Shown here piece by piece: positions 13,501 through 27,800 of a stretch of 64,000 bases of DNA. The stretch is from Podarcis liolepis (Eukaryota), in NCBI GenBank assembly GCA_965112155.1, contig OZ218098.1; one strand, 5' to 3'. Below the pieces are notes generated by a model. It did no database searches and was not told the origin of the DNA. It saw only the letters and a program-made list of their open reading frames with translations. Every line of letters begins with the position of its first letter. Position 1 is the stretch's first letter. A program made the position numbers and the translations under genes.

Positions 13501-15480
13501 TTGCAAATTGACAGGTAGGGTCGGGTCCTGCTGAGTGACTCAACAAAAACAAAAAACAAAAAAAGGTTTCTCACCTAGGAGAGGCCAAAACTCCAGATAT
13601 GCTTAACAGTCCAAAAAGAAGCGGCGAGAGAATAGGGCAGCTTAATTAGGATGTATTACCTCTCCAATGCAGTAAGTGGAAGCAACTGGCTTCAGATTAG
13701 TGTCAAACTGCTCTTTAAAAAGTTAAGCGCTATCTCATACAGGGCTAGGCAGATTTCAGACTTGTAGGGTCTACTCTACTAGAACCCTCAGGGCCACCAA
13801 ACGGAGACACATGAAAAGTTGGAGCTAGCTCCTCCCGTTGTGCATTATGCTAAGAATTAGGGGACTTCTAGGGTTGCCATATTTTGAAGACCAAAAAGGG
13901 GGCACATTTTCCAACTTCTACTTTTAACTATGGATTGCTATGACAACTCTCATTTTACGTACTCATAAAAAACAGGATGTGCATGCTGGACCCGGTAATT
14001 TGTAATCAGTACTAAAACCAGTGCATTTTCACTGCACCACCCACACTGCCACCTTGACCCTCCCAGTAAGCAGCAGTGAATCACCTGTTGGGAGGGCAGG
14101 TAAGCGTCTCCAACCCATGACACCATCTGCTACTGGGCAGAACATTACATTTGTTCAATTGCATCATTACTTGCTTATCCCCAAGTTACTGGGTTACTCC
14201 TAATAACATATTTTAAGATGCACTGCATAAGAGGCCAACCACACATGGTCTTCAGCATAGTTTATGTAGCCAAGGATAGCCTTGCTAAGTGTCTGGTGCA
14301 CTGGTGATCGCAACAGTTGGTTACTGTATTGCCCTTCATATGAGACTGCTGTTAAATTTGCCAGAAACCTGCAACTAGTACAGAACACAGCAGCTGGCTT
14401 AACTGAGTTATGTGCCTGACTGTGGCACGCAACACCATTGCTAAAGGAAGTGTACTGGCTGCTGCTTTGCTATTAAGCCAGGTTTAGGTATTAACCTAAA
14501 CAACATGGAACCAAGAGAATGCCTTCTCCCATACAGAGGTGACCAGTTGTTAATATAATCTGCAGAGGTCCTCCTGATTGTGCCACAGCCTCCAAACTTC
14601 CATCTGGCATCAACCAACACCCTTTCTGTGGGGGTACCTGCTCTCTTGAATGGTATCCCCATGCTAATTTTCTCTCTCTCTTTTTACCATGGCTTTTGCT
14701 ATCTACCATTAGCAGCTGTTTACTGTCTACTTGATTATATAGACATTACATTTTATTATATTGTTGTACACTGCCTTGACATGCCCATATAACAGCTGGT
14801 ATATCAATATTTTAATTTAATTGATTAAACATTGTCATGACTGCCATTCCATTGATATTTTAATGATAAATCATGGGTATCATGAAATATAATGATGTAC
14901 AATCATGACAAAGACACGGCTCTCCCCAGTTCCATTGACCTGAATAGAAACTCATTCACCTAGGTAGTTCTATTCCAAGCAGCCCTGAATAAGAACACCC
15001 TGTACCTATTTTCATTTTCAATTTATAAGGAAGGGTCAAGTGTCCTAAACTGATGTGTACAAGAAAAATGATCAAGAGCTCTCTCCCCAGGCACCTGTGT
15101 CCCCTTCCCAGTCTGCTCTGGCAGGAAACCTAGAACAGAGGGCACACAAGAAGAGAGGCAGGCAAAATTATGCTGTGAGAGCAAAAATCTTTCCACAAAC
15201 AGAATGGCCTCATTGGATACAGTCCCTTAGATGAGGAAACTGGAGACTCATGCAAATAGTGCATTAGATAATTTTGCATATGCAAGAGATATTGACAAAG
15301 AAAATGGCTTAGAAATGGAAGACACAACCTATTCTTGTTTGAAATGAATAACATGTGATAAGTAGACTAGATAGAAGACTAGTTTAAGAAACTCATCATG
15401 TGGCTTTGGCCAAGTCGCATCTGAGTTACTGTTATATGCATCCTAAGTATGCCTAAGGGGGGGAAAGCACCTTCATATTA

Positions 15481-15789
15481 GGGCTTATCCTTACCTTTCC
15501 TCTGCTCTTTCCAGACACTGTCCACACTTAAAGCTCTGTGTCCAAGCACACCTCCCTCCCTCCATTTTTGCTCTAGAGCTTTCCCCATGAAAACTTTCTC
15601 TTTAAAGTTCAATCAGAGCAAATGGCAGTCTGCTGAAAACCCAAATTGACGTTTGAGTGCTAAAGAGTGGTTTTTCATGGGGAAAGCTCCTAGGCAAAAA
15701 AGCATACGACGACGATGCTTGGACACAGAGCTTTTAAGCACAGGCATGTGCCTGGAAAGAGTGGACAAAAAGTAAGCATGGATAAGCCC
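15481..15789. mobile_element. PIF/Harbinger-like palindromic MITE
   Basis: TTA|GGGCTTATCC...GGATAAGCCC|TTA, with internal inverted arms AAAGCTCTGTGTCCAAGCA/TGCTTGGACACAGAGCTTT and GAGCTTTCCCCATGAAAA/TTTTCATGGGGAAAGCTC. Confidence 0.85.
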
Positions 15790-16735
15790 TTAGTCTTCAT
15801 GACACATGTATTCCTTAATTTTGATGAGGTTTGAAGGGTCATGTGGTGTTTCAAGGCCCCACTCCAAAGTTTAATGAAAAGTTGATGCTTTTATTTTTGC
15901 AGCTTGTGTAGTCAATTTTATCACTATTGGAATGACTGAGATAGCTGGAGAACTAGGTACATCAAGGTGATCTTTTAAATATCCTGCTTAATATTTTAGT
16001 TACTCTGCATGTCTGTAGATGCTTAGACCAGAACCATGCAAGTGCAGAAGAGCAATATTTGCACAGTATGCAACTTATCCACTTTCTTAACATAACTACA
16101 AATAATATTAGAGGTCAATAGTACCCTATAGGTTTACAAAGCCCCTCCACAAGCCTCATTTTTTCATTTTTTCATTTTTTGGATTACCAGTAAAACTGTT
16201 GTCGTCATTGTTCTCTCCCCCCCCCCCCATCAACAGCTCTTTGCAGAATTACTAATTTTGCTTTTTGGGTCATTTTGACCCCAATTACAATGCTCTTTCT
16301 CACTGCTTTGTGCCATCTGAGAACATTGCAGCTGATGAACAATGCCATTCAGTGGAAGATGTCCAATAAGAAAGTATATCATCCAAATCATCAAAGCAGG
16401 CATAAAATTGTGGCTGTTCTCCAGTTCCAAAATATTGTATGCTTTATGATGCTAACATATATAAGAGGAAGGAAGATGATGTTCCAGTAGCTCAAAATCT
16501 AGGACAGATTGTGGTTGAGAAACTAACTACACATTTACAGGGTTCTGGACTAGCTGTAATAACTGGTGACCTTTTCAGCAATGTGCCACTAGTCTTCTGT
16601 TGGCACACTGCGGGGGGGGGGGGATGACGACACACCAAGCAAATAATAAATTACCCTAGCATTCTTTATCTACATATCTCAATATACCAACAGCAGCACT
16701 TTTGCTTTTTAAAAAAGATTAGCTAGTAACATAGT

Positions 16736-16870
16736 CAGGGTACCCCAAAATTGGGTCTCCAGCTGTTTTGGACTACAGTTCCAATCATCCCTGACCACTG
16801 GTCCTGCTATATAGGGATGATGGGAGTTGTAGTCCACAAAAAGCTGGAGTGCCAAGTTAGGGAAACCTTG
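16736..16870. mobile_element. Palindromic MER5-like non-autonomous DNA element; related copies at ~4530-4650, ~46540-46660, ~58400-58533
   Basis: Inverted arms CTCCAGCT...GGACTACA...ATCATCCCT / AGGGATGAT...TGTAGTCC...AGCTGGAG. Confidence 0.7.
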
Positions 16871-17789
16871 TACTAAATAAAGGAAGGGCAGTGGTCTTCC
16901 TTTCTTCAGTGCTGCAGTCTCAGACTACAGAGCCAAGCCTGATATCATTCTTGGTATAATAAGACTAAAGGTGCTATTACAGACACCTATGCTTATATAA
17001 TCACATAATACAAATAAATTTAGTATTTCTTATTGAATACAGCATTTAAAGGATTCCAGTTGTATTCTGAATCTTCTGGATCTGTGGCAGTGTTATTGTC
17101 CCTGTTTGGACCTGGCTTGGTTACTTACTTTGAACCCAGATAAGCTCAAGTTCCTTAACTGATAACTGGGCTACATTCAACTGCATTTCCAAAAAAGTGT
17201 CCACATACACTTTCATGTGCACAATCAAAATGGTGGTTGGAAGTTCATGATGGTACGGACATTCAAAAACTCATCACTGACTAGTAGACCTGGTTCTAGA
17301 GTTGGTAAATCTTGAGTTGGGTCTAGGGACATAGCCATTTTGCCTGGGATGTTGAGAGGCCCAGCTTCAAAACTGGTAGAGCCTAAAACTATTGGCACCA
17401 AGAAGAGCAGTTGCTGGGAATCACTAGTTCAGAGAGTGCTGTTGTGCTCAGGTCCTGCTTTCAGGCTTCCCAGAGACACCTGGTTGGCCACTGTGAGAAC
17501 AGGACGTTGGGCTAGGTGGGTCACTGGCCTGATCTAGGAGGCTCTTCTTGTGTTCTTATGTCATCTCTCTTGGCAATTAAATGACAGTAAATTACAGCAA
17601 CAATGTGCTTCATGTAACCATTTTGCTTGTTCACCTCATGCAGTTGTGAAATTTGGAGATTGTGCTTATGCTGCTTTACTATTTTGTGCCATGGCCACAA
17701 GTTTTAGGAAAGTTGTTAAAGGTAAATCACAACTGATTAGTATTGCACTGCTATATAATGGCTATATATGTATGTTAATTGAACAATGT

Positions 17790-18133
17790 CAGACCCTCCA
17801 AGTGTCCCTGTTTTCCAGGGACATCCCTGATTTGGAGAAGCCATACAGGTTTCTGATTTGATCCCAGAACGTCCCACTTTTCCTTAGGATGCCCCTATTT
17901 TCATTGGAGAAATGTTGGACGGTATAGAGTTATCTGACCCCCAACCTGTCTGAAGGCAATCCGGTATAGGGATTTTTTAAAAAATGATTAATGTTTTATT
18001 ATGCTTTTATATATGTTGGAAGCTGCCTAGAGTGGCTGGGGCAACTAGTAAGTTGTGTGGGGTATAAAATAGTAAAATTATCATTATGGAATGGGATGTC
18101 CCTATTTTCATCGGAGAAATGTTGGAGGGTACG
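17790..18133 (+). mobile_element. Composite TIR element (CAGACCCTCCAA...TTGGAGGGTACG) containing a LINE 3' tail
   Basis: TIRs, CAATGT on both flanks, and an inverted homologous copy at 54925-55264. Confidence 0.75.
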
Positions 18134-19728
18134 CAATGTGTTTTATGTTTTTTAAACAAAAATCAAAAAAAACAACAACCATGGAGTCAGTTAGCCTGCA
18201 CACACTGGTCTTGTGACTATGTGCATTGTGGGATATTATGGACCCTGATGATTTATTTGCTTCAATATACTAAAAAAAAAGGAAAAAGGAAAACATGTCA
18301 ATGAAGACATGTTTTTTTCTACTTATAAATAGAGTCATGCTTACCACCAGAACTCAAATGTTTTATTTTTATGGCTTTCTTTGGATACATTTGAACCTGA
18401 AACACAAAACTAATTGATTTGGTCTTTTTTTTCTATTGCTGAAGATTCCTCTATGTGCTAATCCTTTTACAGGTAACATATATCATCACAATGATCATCC
18501 ATGCTGTGAATATAGAGAAGGATGATCAAAGCCACACACAAGAGATGCCTATAGCATGAGGAATATGCAATTTGCTTATTGGCAAACTAGAACAAATCAA
18601 TCTTGTACTGAAGAACTGCTTTTACTAAAACATATTCCCAAACATCTAAAGCCTTATTACTGTTTGGTTTCCCCACTGTTTTTGTTTTTTCCCTGTGTAT
18701 TATTTCGATGATAAAATAGCTCAAATTGTTAACATTAGAGTAAAAGAGTATTTGAAAAACCCATTGATCTTGCTTTCTATATTACACATATGTATTAATA
18801 TGGGGGGGGAATCATTTAGGGAAAAACAGCTTAAATGAAAGTCAATGGAGTATTTACAGGAAGTCAGGTGTCAATACACAATATGCTCCAGGAATTATAA
18901 ATAAAAATGCAATTATGCGTAAGTAATCATTTGTCAAACAACCATCCATAAATGAAGCATGGTTAAAATAGTGTCATAAGGAGATGGTAATTATCATAGA
19001 AGCCTGGTTTTAATATATAGGCCATCGAACAAATAAAAGTTGACCTTTATTAAATCACTTTCCCCCTCAATTTCATTTCCATTAAACATTATTCACTATG
19101 AAGTCACATCTATGTAATGAAACGAAACTACATTAACTATATAGATCAGAAGTGCAAATATGTTTGAATAATGTCCATTTTAATCTTTTCACCATTAATA
19201 AATCAGCACCTAAACCCTATAAATTGCCTGATGTGCCTGGCAAACATGGGTGACTTTGACTGTTCATACATTGTACTAAAGCTGAACTTTATGTGAAGTA
19301 AGCTGGTTGCAAATAGAACATATCTTATGTTAATGATAAATCAAATTAGATATTTAAGTGTTACTGAAATATATCAATTAGGAAAAACTAATAACCAGTG
19401 GTAACTTTGGGCTATAGATAGCCAGTCACCACCAGCATACTTTCAGGCAACGCCTAATACCACCATAAAAGTAACAGAAACATGCTGGAGAGCTGGGTTG
19501 TATTTAAAGTACATTCCACATTCTGAAAAGGAAACTCATTTTAATAGATATATATTTTTTAAAAATGAAACTAAAAAATAAAATAAACACTGTAAATTTT
19601 AAGAAATAAAAGCAAAGTTCAGTTTACTCCATCAGTTGTGCAAACTTTGGCAGTCAAAAGAAACCCAAAGGAAAATCCAAACTTCATACAATATTCTCCA
19701 TTTGCAGGCACACAGTTTAGGCTCTACC

Positions 19729-19882
19729 CACTGACGGAGGAAGAGGAGTGCAGGGAAAGCGCACCGTCCCTGGCAGCGCGATCCTGGTGGGGTTCCATCA
19801 CGGCTGCCCCCCCCCCGCACTGGGTGCCCTGCCCCCGCCTGCTCTCCGCCCCCCGGTGCCGGAGCATGAAGCTCCACCACTG
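19729..19882. mobile_element. GC-rich hAT-like MITE (154 bp)
   Basis: 8-bp TSD GCTCTACC/GCTGTACC; imperfect TIR CACTGACGGAG/CTCCACCACTG. Confidence 0.8.
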
Positions 19883-20215
19883 GCTGTACCTACACACCTT
19901 AGAAAGAAAATTCCACGAATCCATTGTTAGTTGGCCGGCAGCCACAAAGGACAAGTTCAGCAACTTGAATTATATTTGTAAATTTATCAAGCATCTTCCA
20001 AAGTGGTGGCTGAACAAACCAGAAAAATGATTCTCCAGAATGCCATGGATTTTTAAATAGTCACCTATAATATGAATTGGTCTTCATTTATTTGTATAGA
20101 TAACATTCCTCAAACTATTTATTTTGGAATGGTTCCATTTTGTTCTTGTTTTAGTGATCTAGGGATGGAAAAGTTCATGACCACCTAGACTAGAGCTCAT
20201 TCATATAAAGGTACT

Positions 20216-20409
20216 CAGTGCCGGCCCACCCATGAGGTAAGATGAAGCAATCGCCTCAAGTGGCTGGATCCACAGCGTCAGCAGATCCTGATGTACATTT
20301 TCATTCCTTGCTCCTGATACAGATCTTCACTCACCCCTTCTTCCCTGGCATAGGGTGAATGCCATTTTGCAGTTCGCCTCAGGTGGCAAAATGTTTTGGG
20401 CTGGTCCTG
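20216..20409. mobile_element. Degenerate hAT-like MITE
   Basis: Imperfect TIR CAGTGCCGGCCCA/TGGGCTGGTCCTG and an internal CGCCTCA(A/G)GTGGC repeat; TSD decayed. Confidence 0.55.
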
Positions 20410-21792
20410 CAGTATCTTTTGACTCAGACATTGGCAATTACCAGTTAGACCACGGAAAAGAAAAACAGGTCCCTTGGGGTTTTTTGTTTATTTGTTTGTT
20501 TGTTTGTTTTTGGTCTTTCCTTCCATGAAACAAATAATCAGTACATTCAGCTCTTGACAGCACTGACCTTCCAGAAAGAGTGAGGGATACGAAAATACAC
20601 ACTATGGACATGCATACAATCTTGTTGGTATCAGCTATCAACCAATAGTTGTGCAGAGGTTAGCTGTATATGTGGCAGAGTTTAGAAAAAGCATAACAAG
20701 AAAGATATGAGAATCTACCTCAGGATACTGTGACCTGATACTTTCCATTTCTTTCTTGTGAGCAACAGTAATGAGATTTGCTGGAGAGTATTCCTCTAAA
20801 GGGGGTTGGGAAACTGTCAATGGCAGAAAGTGCTTTTTATAGCCTTGTAACAAAGATTATAATTAAATAGAAAATTAACAAAGAAAACTAATGAAGAACA
20901 GAGGAATCAAAGCTACAAATGCTGTTCAAAACTAGTTTGTTCCTACACTGCATTATAACTCCTTCATCCTAATTGGTGTTATTAATACTGACAAGTTAAA
21001 TAAATGAATTCATCAAGCTATAGAATATCATGAAATCTCTTATTGAGATAAATTAACAAAGCCGAACCAATCATTCTAACTCAACTAGTTTAAAGCAATA
21101 CAAGAATATTAATTATCACCCAGAGTTAATTTTACATTAGCAATTATGGAACTGTTTTGATTTGCTTATTGAGAAATCAGTTCTATTGTATTATTTTGTT
21201 TTGCTGGCTGCATTATGCTGCTAACTAGCGATTCACCTGTTACCTGTCAGGTCACACTTTGAGAAGAAAGACAGTGGTTGTACATATCAAAGTTACTGGA
21301 CTGTGTCAAAGGGGTGATGTATGCAGCTTCTGACAAGGAGAAGTTGGCCTGTGAAGCCAAGTTGCTAGGGAATGATATTGGCAGCATTTCTGGAAACAGC
21401 CCAGTGTCCTGCCCCATCCTTCCAGATATTAAAAAAGTTGCTAGGCAGCAGCTGACACAGGATGAGAAGGGTAAGAACAGCACTGAAGGGAGATAAATGT
21501 GGCGGGGGGTGGGGAGAGACTTCACTTGAGCTCTAAGGTTTCACTATGTATATATATTCTGTGTAAAGCAACCATCTCAAAATGACCAACTCAGAAAAAC
21601 ATTTGCTATGGGATTTTACTGATGGCATGATGTAGACATAAAACCCATATAAATGTGTTGTGATGAGCTGTTAATGTGCATTGGCAACAGCTGCTGACCA
21701 ACTTCTGCAGGACTTTATTGGAATTTGCATTATGAGAAATAACTGCCGATCCTTAAGGATAAACTCACATCTCCCATTTGATTTGCTCATTT

Positions 21793-21845
<53 letters not shown>

Positions 21846-24520
21846 TCACAACAATTTCTGAACTTTGGGAACCCAGCAGGATGAGTGCCAGTCATTTGAC
21901 AATCACTGATTCGACTTTTTTAAAAGGATTTATACAATAGTTTAAGAGGTAACAGTTCGCTAGCAACAGGGAAGCACTTCAAACCGCTCCTGTGGTTAAT
22001 GCCTTCAATATTCTAGCTGGTTAAATGGCCCAAAGTCCAGAAAAAGAACTTTGCAAGTTCTGAAAGTCATGTTCCCCTTTTAAGCTTTTAAGCAATGGAA
22101 GACTGGGAAAAACTGTGACAGCTTTATTTGCAACATATCGAAACAACTCATACTGATGAGTAAGTGTTACCATGTACAAATCCCAGGGTAACTCCTCCAC
22201 CATCCTCCAAGGAATTGTTCAAATCACAAACTAAGAAGGACAGTGAAGATGTCCTGTCTAAACCTCCAAAGAGCTCCAAAAGATTCACAAAAGGCTACCT
22301 CACTCACAACATGAAAACAACCTGCTATTCTCATAAATACCCATTTGCTGACATTTTAGGTCCAAAGTTTTATATAAACTCAGTAGCCTCTGGCTATAGT
22401 ATGGGTCATACCAAACCTTCATTACTAACTTAAATTACTCATCTTGGAAAATGTTTCCATACAATCATGAAATATACTACTATTTAAACCCAATTCTATG
22501 ACCCAGTATTTCACACACCACCTTTTCCACCAACTATATTGGTCTTGCATAAACAGGGCCAAAAATGAAACAGTCTGAGCAGGATCTTACCGTGAGCAAC
22601 TTCCTGCTGCTGCTTGCTCATCTTAAGCAACTTCCTGCTGCCCATTTTCCACCAACCCCCCCCCAACTATTCTCCCCACTTCATTCTTTCCCCTTATACA
22701 GGGAAAAGTAGCTGCATGTAATTTAGAGTGAGGGAAATATTTGGAAGGGGAAGATTAAGCAACACTTTCCCTTCCACTGCTTCTTCAAGATATTCTCCAT
22801 CCCAAAGATGCTTTTCATCTGCCTGCAATATCTATTTTGTTCCTCAGCTGTACCACACAGAAATATCTTAAGTAACACTAGAAGAAAAGTATCACGACAT
22901 GCACAGTCTCCATTATAAAAGGGTCAACAGACTATTGCACATGACTTTCCTGTCAATAAGGGGGGCGGGGGAGAGAGAATGTCTGTTGGAGAGGAAGAAC
23001 CAGGCATCTTTGCCCCACTTAGAAGAGCTAGGATGTTTCTTTAGCAGCAGCAGACACCCAAAGCAGACTGAAAAGGTTGATCTTTAAGTCCCCGCCACAA
23101 GCTAATGGGCTAATAGTTTCTTTAAAGGAAAGTCTGTGTTTTGAAGTGTTTTTAAAATCCACATACTGGTGTGAGTAAGAAGTCAATAGCACAGAGAGAA
23201 CAGATCAGTATAAAGTTCAGTTTGAAGTCATCGCTGTGGAACTTTTAAAAATTTCATCAGTTCTTGCAGGACACCAAAATGCACATAAGTGGTTGCTTTA
23301 GAAAGTCTCCAATTGACTTGAAAGTTAGGATATTTCCTGCATAAGAAATGGAGGGAGAGGGGCTGTGCTTATTCTTCCCAATAATAGGCAGCTTTTAAGG
23401 TAGCTGCATTATCTAATAGGGAATTGTATAAACAGTGTCCCCCCCCCCCAGAAAAATGGGAGAAGAGAATAAGAAATTAAATGGCAACAACACACATACA
23501 GATGGCACTTTGTATCAAATTATTTCTACTGGTTGACACCATGTATATGGTTGTGTTAGTTGCCAGTGTATTTCCAGGCTAAATTCGATGTTCTTTAAAG
23601 CCCTAGGAAATTTGGGGCCCCACTTCCCAAATGAGCCTTCCCAGGTTGTGAGGACACTCCTCAGAGAGCCCCCTCCTACAGAAATTCTAAAGGTGGCAAC
23701 AAGACTTCTGACTGATTACCTTCCCCTGGCCTACGGAATGCTCTTCTCAGGAAAGCTTGCCTGGCCCCCACTTTGCAATCTTTTCAGTGACAGGCAAAAA
23801 ATTAATTTTCCAACCCCAGACATTTTTGCAATACTAACAGTTTTACTTGCTTTTAGTATGCTATACGTAACACACACACCCCTCCTCAATCTATGCCTAG
23901 ATATTGTTTATTGCAGTTGCCACACCTTTGAATGTGGGTTCTCTGTGTGTTTTTCCAAGTTGGTTCACAAAGAACGGTAGTGCTGTTGTTGAGTTTTTGT
24001 GATGTTTAATCTATGCATTCTACAAACTATATTGGGATATTTTGTGTTTTGTTTCACTAAAAGTCGCCTATAAGTTATTGTATAGGCATCATGTAAATGC
24101 AATATTAAAATGAGATTCCAGGAACAGCTTAGCCTTTTTCAAGCTTTCTCTCCACACAATTCTAATTGCATGGAGGGAAAGAGTGGACCATACTCCCCCT
24201 GCCCACAAGTAGAGCCACCCCATTCTCAATGTGTTGGGGGGATTTGAAAAAGGGAGCCTGCTGTGCAGGATGGAATCTCTCCTATAACTGGACATTCAGG
24301 GGTTAATAGTAAATGGGAAGAGAAGTTTTCTGAAAGTTAACCCAGACAAAGTCCTGGTACTGGGCAGACCATCAGGCTTGAGTTTAAATCAGCTTTGTAG
24401 TTTGTGAGTACTCTAATACTCTCCTGTGAAGGTAGCATTGATACCAATGGGTGTGTTAGCTAGTTTGTCAATTATGAGACCTTGCTATGCTAATTCATAA
24501 TCTGGTGATCTCCAGATTAA

Positions 24521-24879
24521 AAAGGTAAAGGACCCCTGACAGTTAAGTCAGTCACGAACGACTCTAGGGTTACGGTGCTCATCTCGCTTTACTGGCCGAA
24601 GGAGCCGATGTTTGTCCACAGACAGTTTTTCCGGGTCATGTGGCCAGCATGACTAAGCTGCTTCTGGCGAAACCAGAGCAGCACACGGAAACGCCGTTTA
24701 CCTTCCCACTGGAGCAGTACCTATTTATCTACTCGCACTGGTAGGTTTCAAACTGCTAGGTGGGCAGGAGCTGCGAAAGAGCAATGGGAGCTCACCCCGT
24801 CGTGGGGATTCGAACCGCTGACCTTCTGATCGGCAAGCCCTAGACTCAGTGGTTTAGACCACAGCGCCACCTGTGTCCC
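24521..24879 (-). mobile_element. Full-length Sauria SINE inserted in an L2-like remnant
   Basis: On the minus strand it has a tRNA-like head (GGGACACAGGTGGCGCTGTGG...GGTTCGAATCCC B box) and an ACCTTT tail. The flanks rejoin as TCCAGATTA|GACTACTGT (SRLDYC motif). Confidence 0.92.
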
Positions 24880-27800
24880 TGGGACTACTGTAAAATGCTT
24901 TACATAGAGCTGCCCTTGAAAAGTTCTCCAAAACTCCCAACTAGTGCAAGGGATGGGAATGGGATCTGGCCAGCTTGCTGGATTCTTACTCACCCCTACA
25001 GGCCAAGTTTGACAGATGCTACCCACCTGTTAATCATCTTGCATCACAATGACATCAGGTGACCCACTTTCCTTTGCCCAGGTGGTTTGAAATCAAGCCA
25101 TGCAGGCAAAGGCACAGCACTGCAAAGCACAAAAGCAAAGATCACAGCAATGCACAACCATCAGGTGGAGGTGTCTATGAGAAGCCCATGGGCAGGATAT
25201 GAGTATTAGTGTTCTGCCACCTAAAAATTGGCACGTAGGAGTGCTGGCACAACTTGGGTGTCCTTCCACTGTTGTTTTCCAAGCAGCTGGCTTTCTGAGG
25301 CATGCTGTCCCTGATTCTGGCGCTAGGCTATAACCACCATTTGTTTTTATTTTATTTGAATATTCATAAACTATACTTTCATGGGAAATATAGCCAGGCA
25401 TAATGTGCAACATAAAAATATAATTTAGCAATAACAGCTTCAGTAAAAGCACCAGTAGCATGTCAATAAAAACGGATAGGTAAAAGAAGTCAAATACCAA
25501 ACACCTTTCTGAACACTACAGTTTTTTTTTAAAATGTCTAGAAGTAAGACTGTGCAGGAACTCCTCAGGGCAGGATCTGCCACACTAAAGGCTTGGACCC
25601 TGTTAAAGGCTGGCCACCAAAAGTGCCCCGTCAGAAGATCTCAGTGATTGAGGTGGAACATCGGGAATCATGCAGTGCTTAAGGTACTTTGGGTTTAGAT
25701 TGTTTCAGGCTTTGTGAATAAACACAAGAAACTGGAACATGGTCTGGGTGCAAACCAGCAACCGTTCCCTCAGAAAAGGAGTAACATGTTGCATTCTGCA
25801 GCTTCTGGACCAGATGTAAGGGCATCTCCAGATAAAGCACATTACAATTACAGTAATCCAGACTTAAGGTTTATAATGCATAGACCACCATGGACCTGAA
25901 CTAGTAATGGTCACAGCAGGTGTACTAGCCAAAGCTGGTAGAAGGCACTTGTAGCCAGAGAGGCCATGAGGGCCTCTAGTGACAAAGATGGATCAAGCTG
26001 TGAACCTGTACCTTCATCATGAAACCCCATCCATAACAGGCAACTGACCTATCTCCTGGCCATGGAAACCACCCACTAAACTTGACTGCTGCTATTGATA
26101 AGTTTTGTCCTCCATGGACTTATTTAATCCTCTTTTGGTGGCTTTCACCACATCATGTGGCAGGCAATATCATAGTTAAACTGTGTGCTTTGTGAAGTAC
26201 TTCCTTTTGCCTGTCCTGAATTTCCTGCTATCCGCTTCATTGGATGACTCCAGGATCAGGTGTTGAAAGTTGGACAACAATGTGTGGGCACATTGATACC
26301 CTCCTCCATCCATTTCCTCACACCATATATCATTTTATAAACATCTCCATGTCCCCCCCTTGCTTACCCTTTCTCTGAACTAAAGAGTTCCAAATCTTCA
26401 TTTTGTCACAGCGTAGCTCCTCTATTCCCCTAAGCATTTTGTTTATCCCTATCTTGCCTTTTCCAGCTCTACTGCTGTGCACCTATACACATTATTCCAA
26501 GTGTGGCCACACCACAGATTTGTATTAAGGCATTATGATACTGGCACTTTTATTTCCACTCGCTTTCCTAATGATCCTTAACACGGAATCCACCTTTTCC
26601 ACAGCTTCTGTCACTGGGCCGATGTTATCAATTACCTGAGAGGAAGATGCCGAAGAAAAGCAGGGGGACAACTGAGCCTAGGAGGAGGTAAAAAAAGAAA
26701 ATAAAACTGCAAAAACTGAATGTGTTGGGCAAAGAGACTGATTTCCTTTCTCATCCTCTCCAGTTACCCCAAATAGTAGGGATCCATTGACCTTCTGTCT
26801 ATCCAATTGATGGGAGAATACTTTTTTTTTTAGGATGACCCTTTAAAAAAAGCAAATACCCATTTGATTAGGAATGGTTCCAAGCAGCAAGCATAATATT
26901 CTATCAGCTGATGCTGAAATCTGCTGAAGAGACACAAAGTTTGCTTAGTAATCATAATCCAGTTGGTGTGAGTTAGGAAGTCAGCTGTAGCAAGCAATGT
27001 AGCCTTATTTTTTAGGGATATAGACAAATGGGCGTACATCCCATAGGGAGCTTCAGCTAAGAGGGAATGTGCCTCAGTTTGGTAGCAGAGAAACAGACCT
27101 ATAGCTCCAAGCAGCACTTCTTATCCTTTCTGTTTATTTCTCCACTTCCCCAGATGTAAGGTTTCCTTCTTCATTTCTTAGACAAGTCTTTCAAGGGGCT
27201 TTTGAGATTTTCCTTTTGAGCAAAATACACATCTGGCTGACTTGCAGTTTCCCCTATCCTGTGTAGCCTTCCATCAACATCCCAATCACCTAGTCTTATG
27301 CCAGCAGAAATATTATCAACATGAGGAAGAAAATTGGGGAGGATATGACAGAGTTCCTCTGAAGTTCTTATGACTGCTGATCCCAGAATCATATACAGTG
27401 GCGACTCCCAGGTGACCCATTTAATGAACATTCACTCTTATTTGTTTGCACAAAGTTTGTGGGACGGTTAGATGGTGATGTAGGGTGTTTATGGAGCATT
27501 ACTTCTGATCTGTTTGTGGAGAGGCTAGAAGACATTGCATCAAGCAAATATTATCCAATACTTTCTAGTTCATTTTCCCATCATTTTGCTTGCTGCAAAA
27601 AGTCTGACACTGTGTACAGAGACCTTTAAAGCACATTGGAAGCACATCGCCCCCCCCCCAATTATGGGCACTGCACTTTGCAACTCACAGAGCTACATGC
27701 AATGCTGTTTATATTTCACAGGTATTGCACTTCAGTTTAGGGCAAGAAGCATGTATTAATCCTGTAAATAAATTACTATTTTCTCCCTTTAATTCATATA

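Noticed and set aside
11569-13574. Many overlapping 90-155 aa ORFs in the CpG island
   Set aside because: Mostly non-ATG starts (e.g. TTG at 12936), low complexity and stop-poor GC-rich DNA, with no recognisable domains.
18840-19260. Repeat-free AT-rich block that might be a conserved enhancer
   Set aside because: Conservation cannot be judged without a cross-species alignment.
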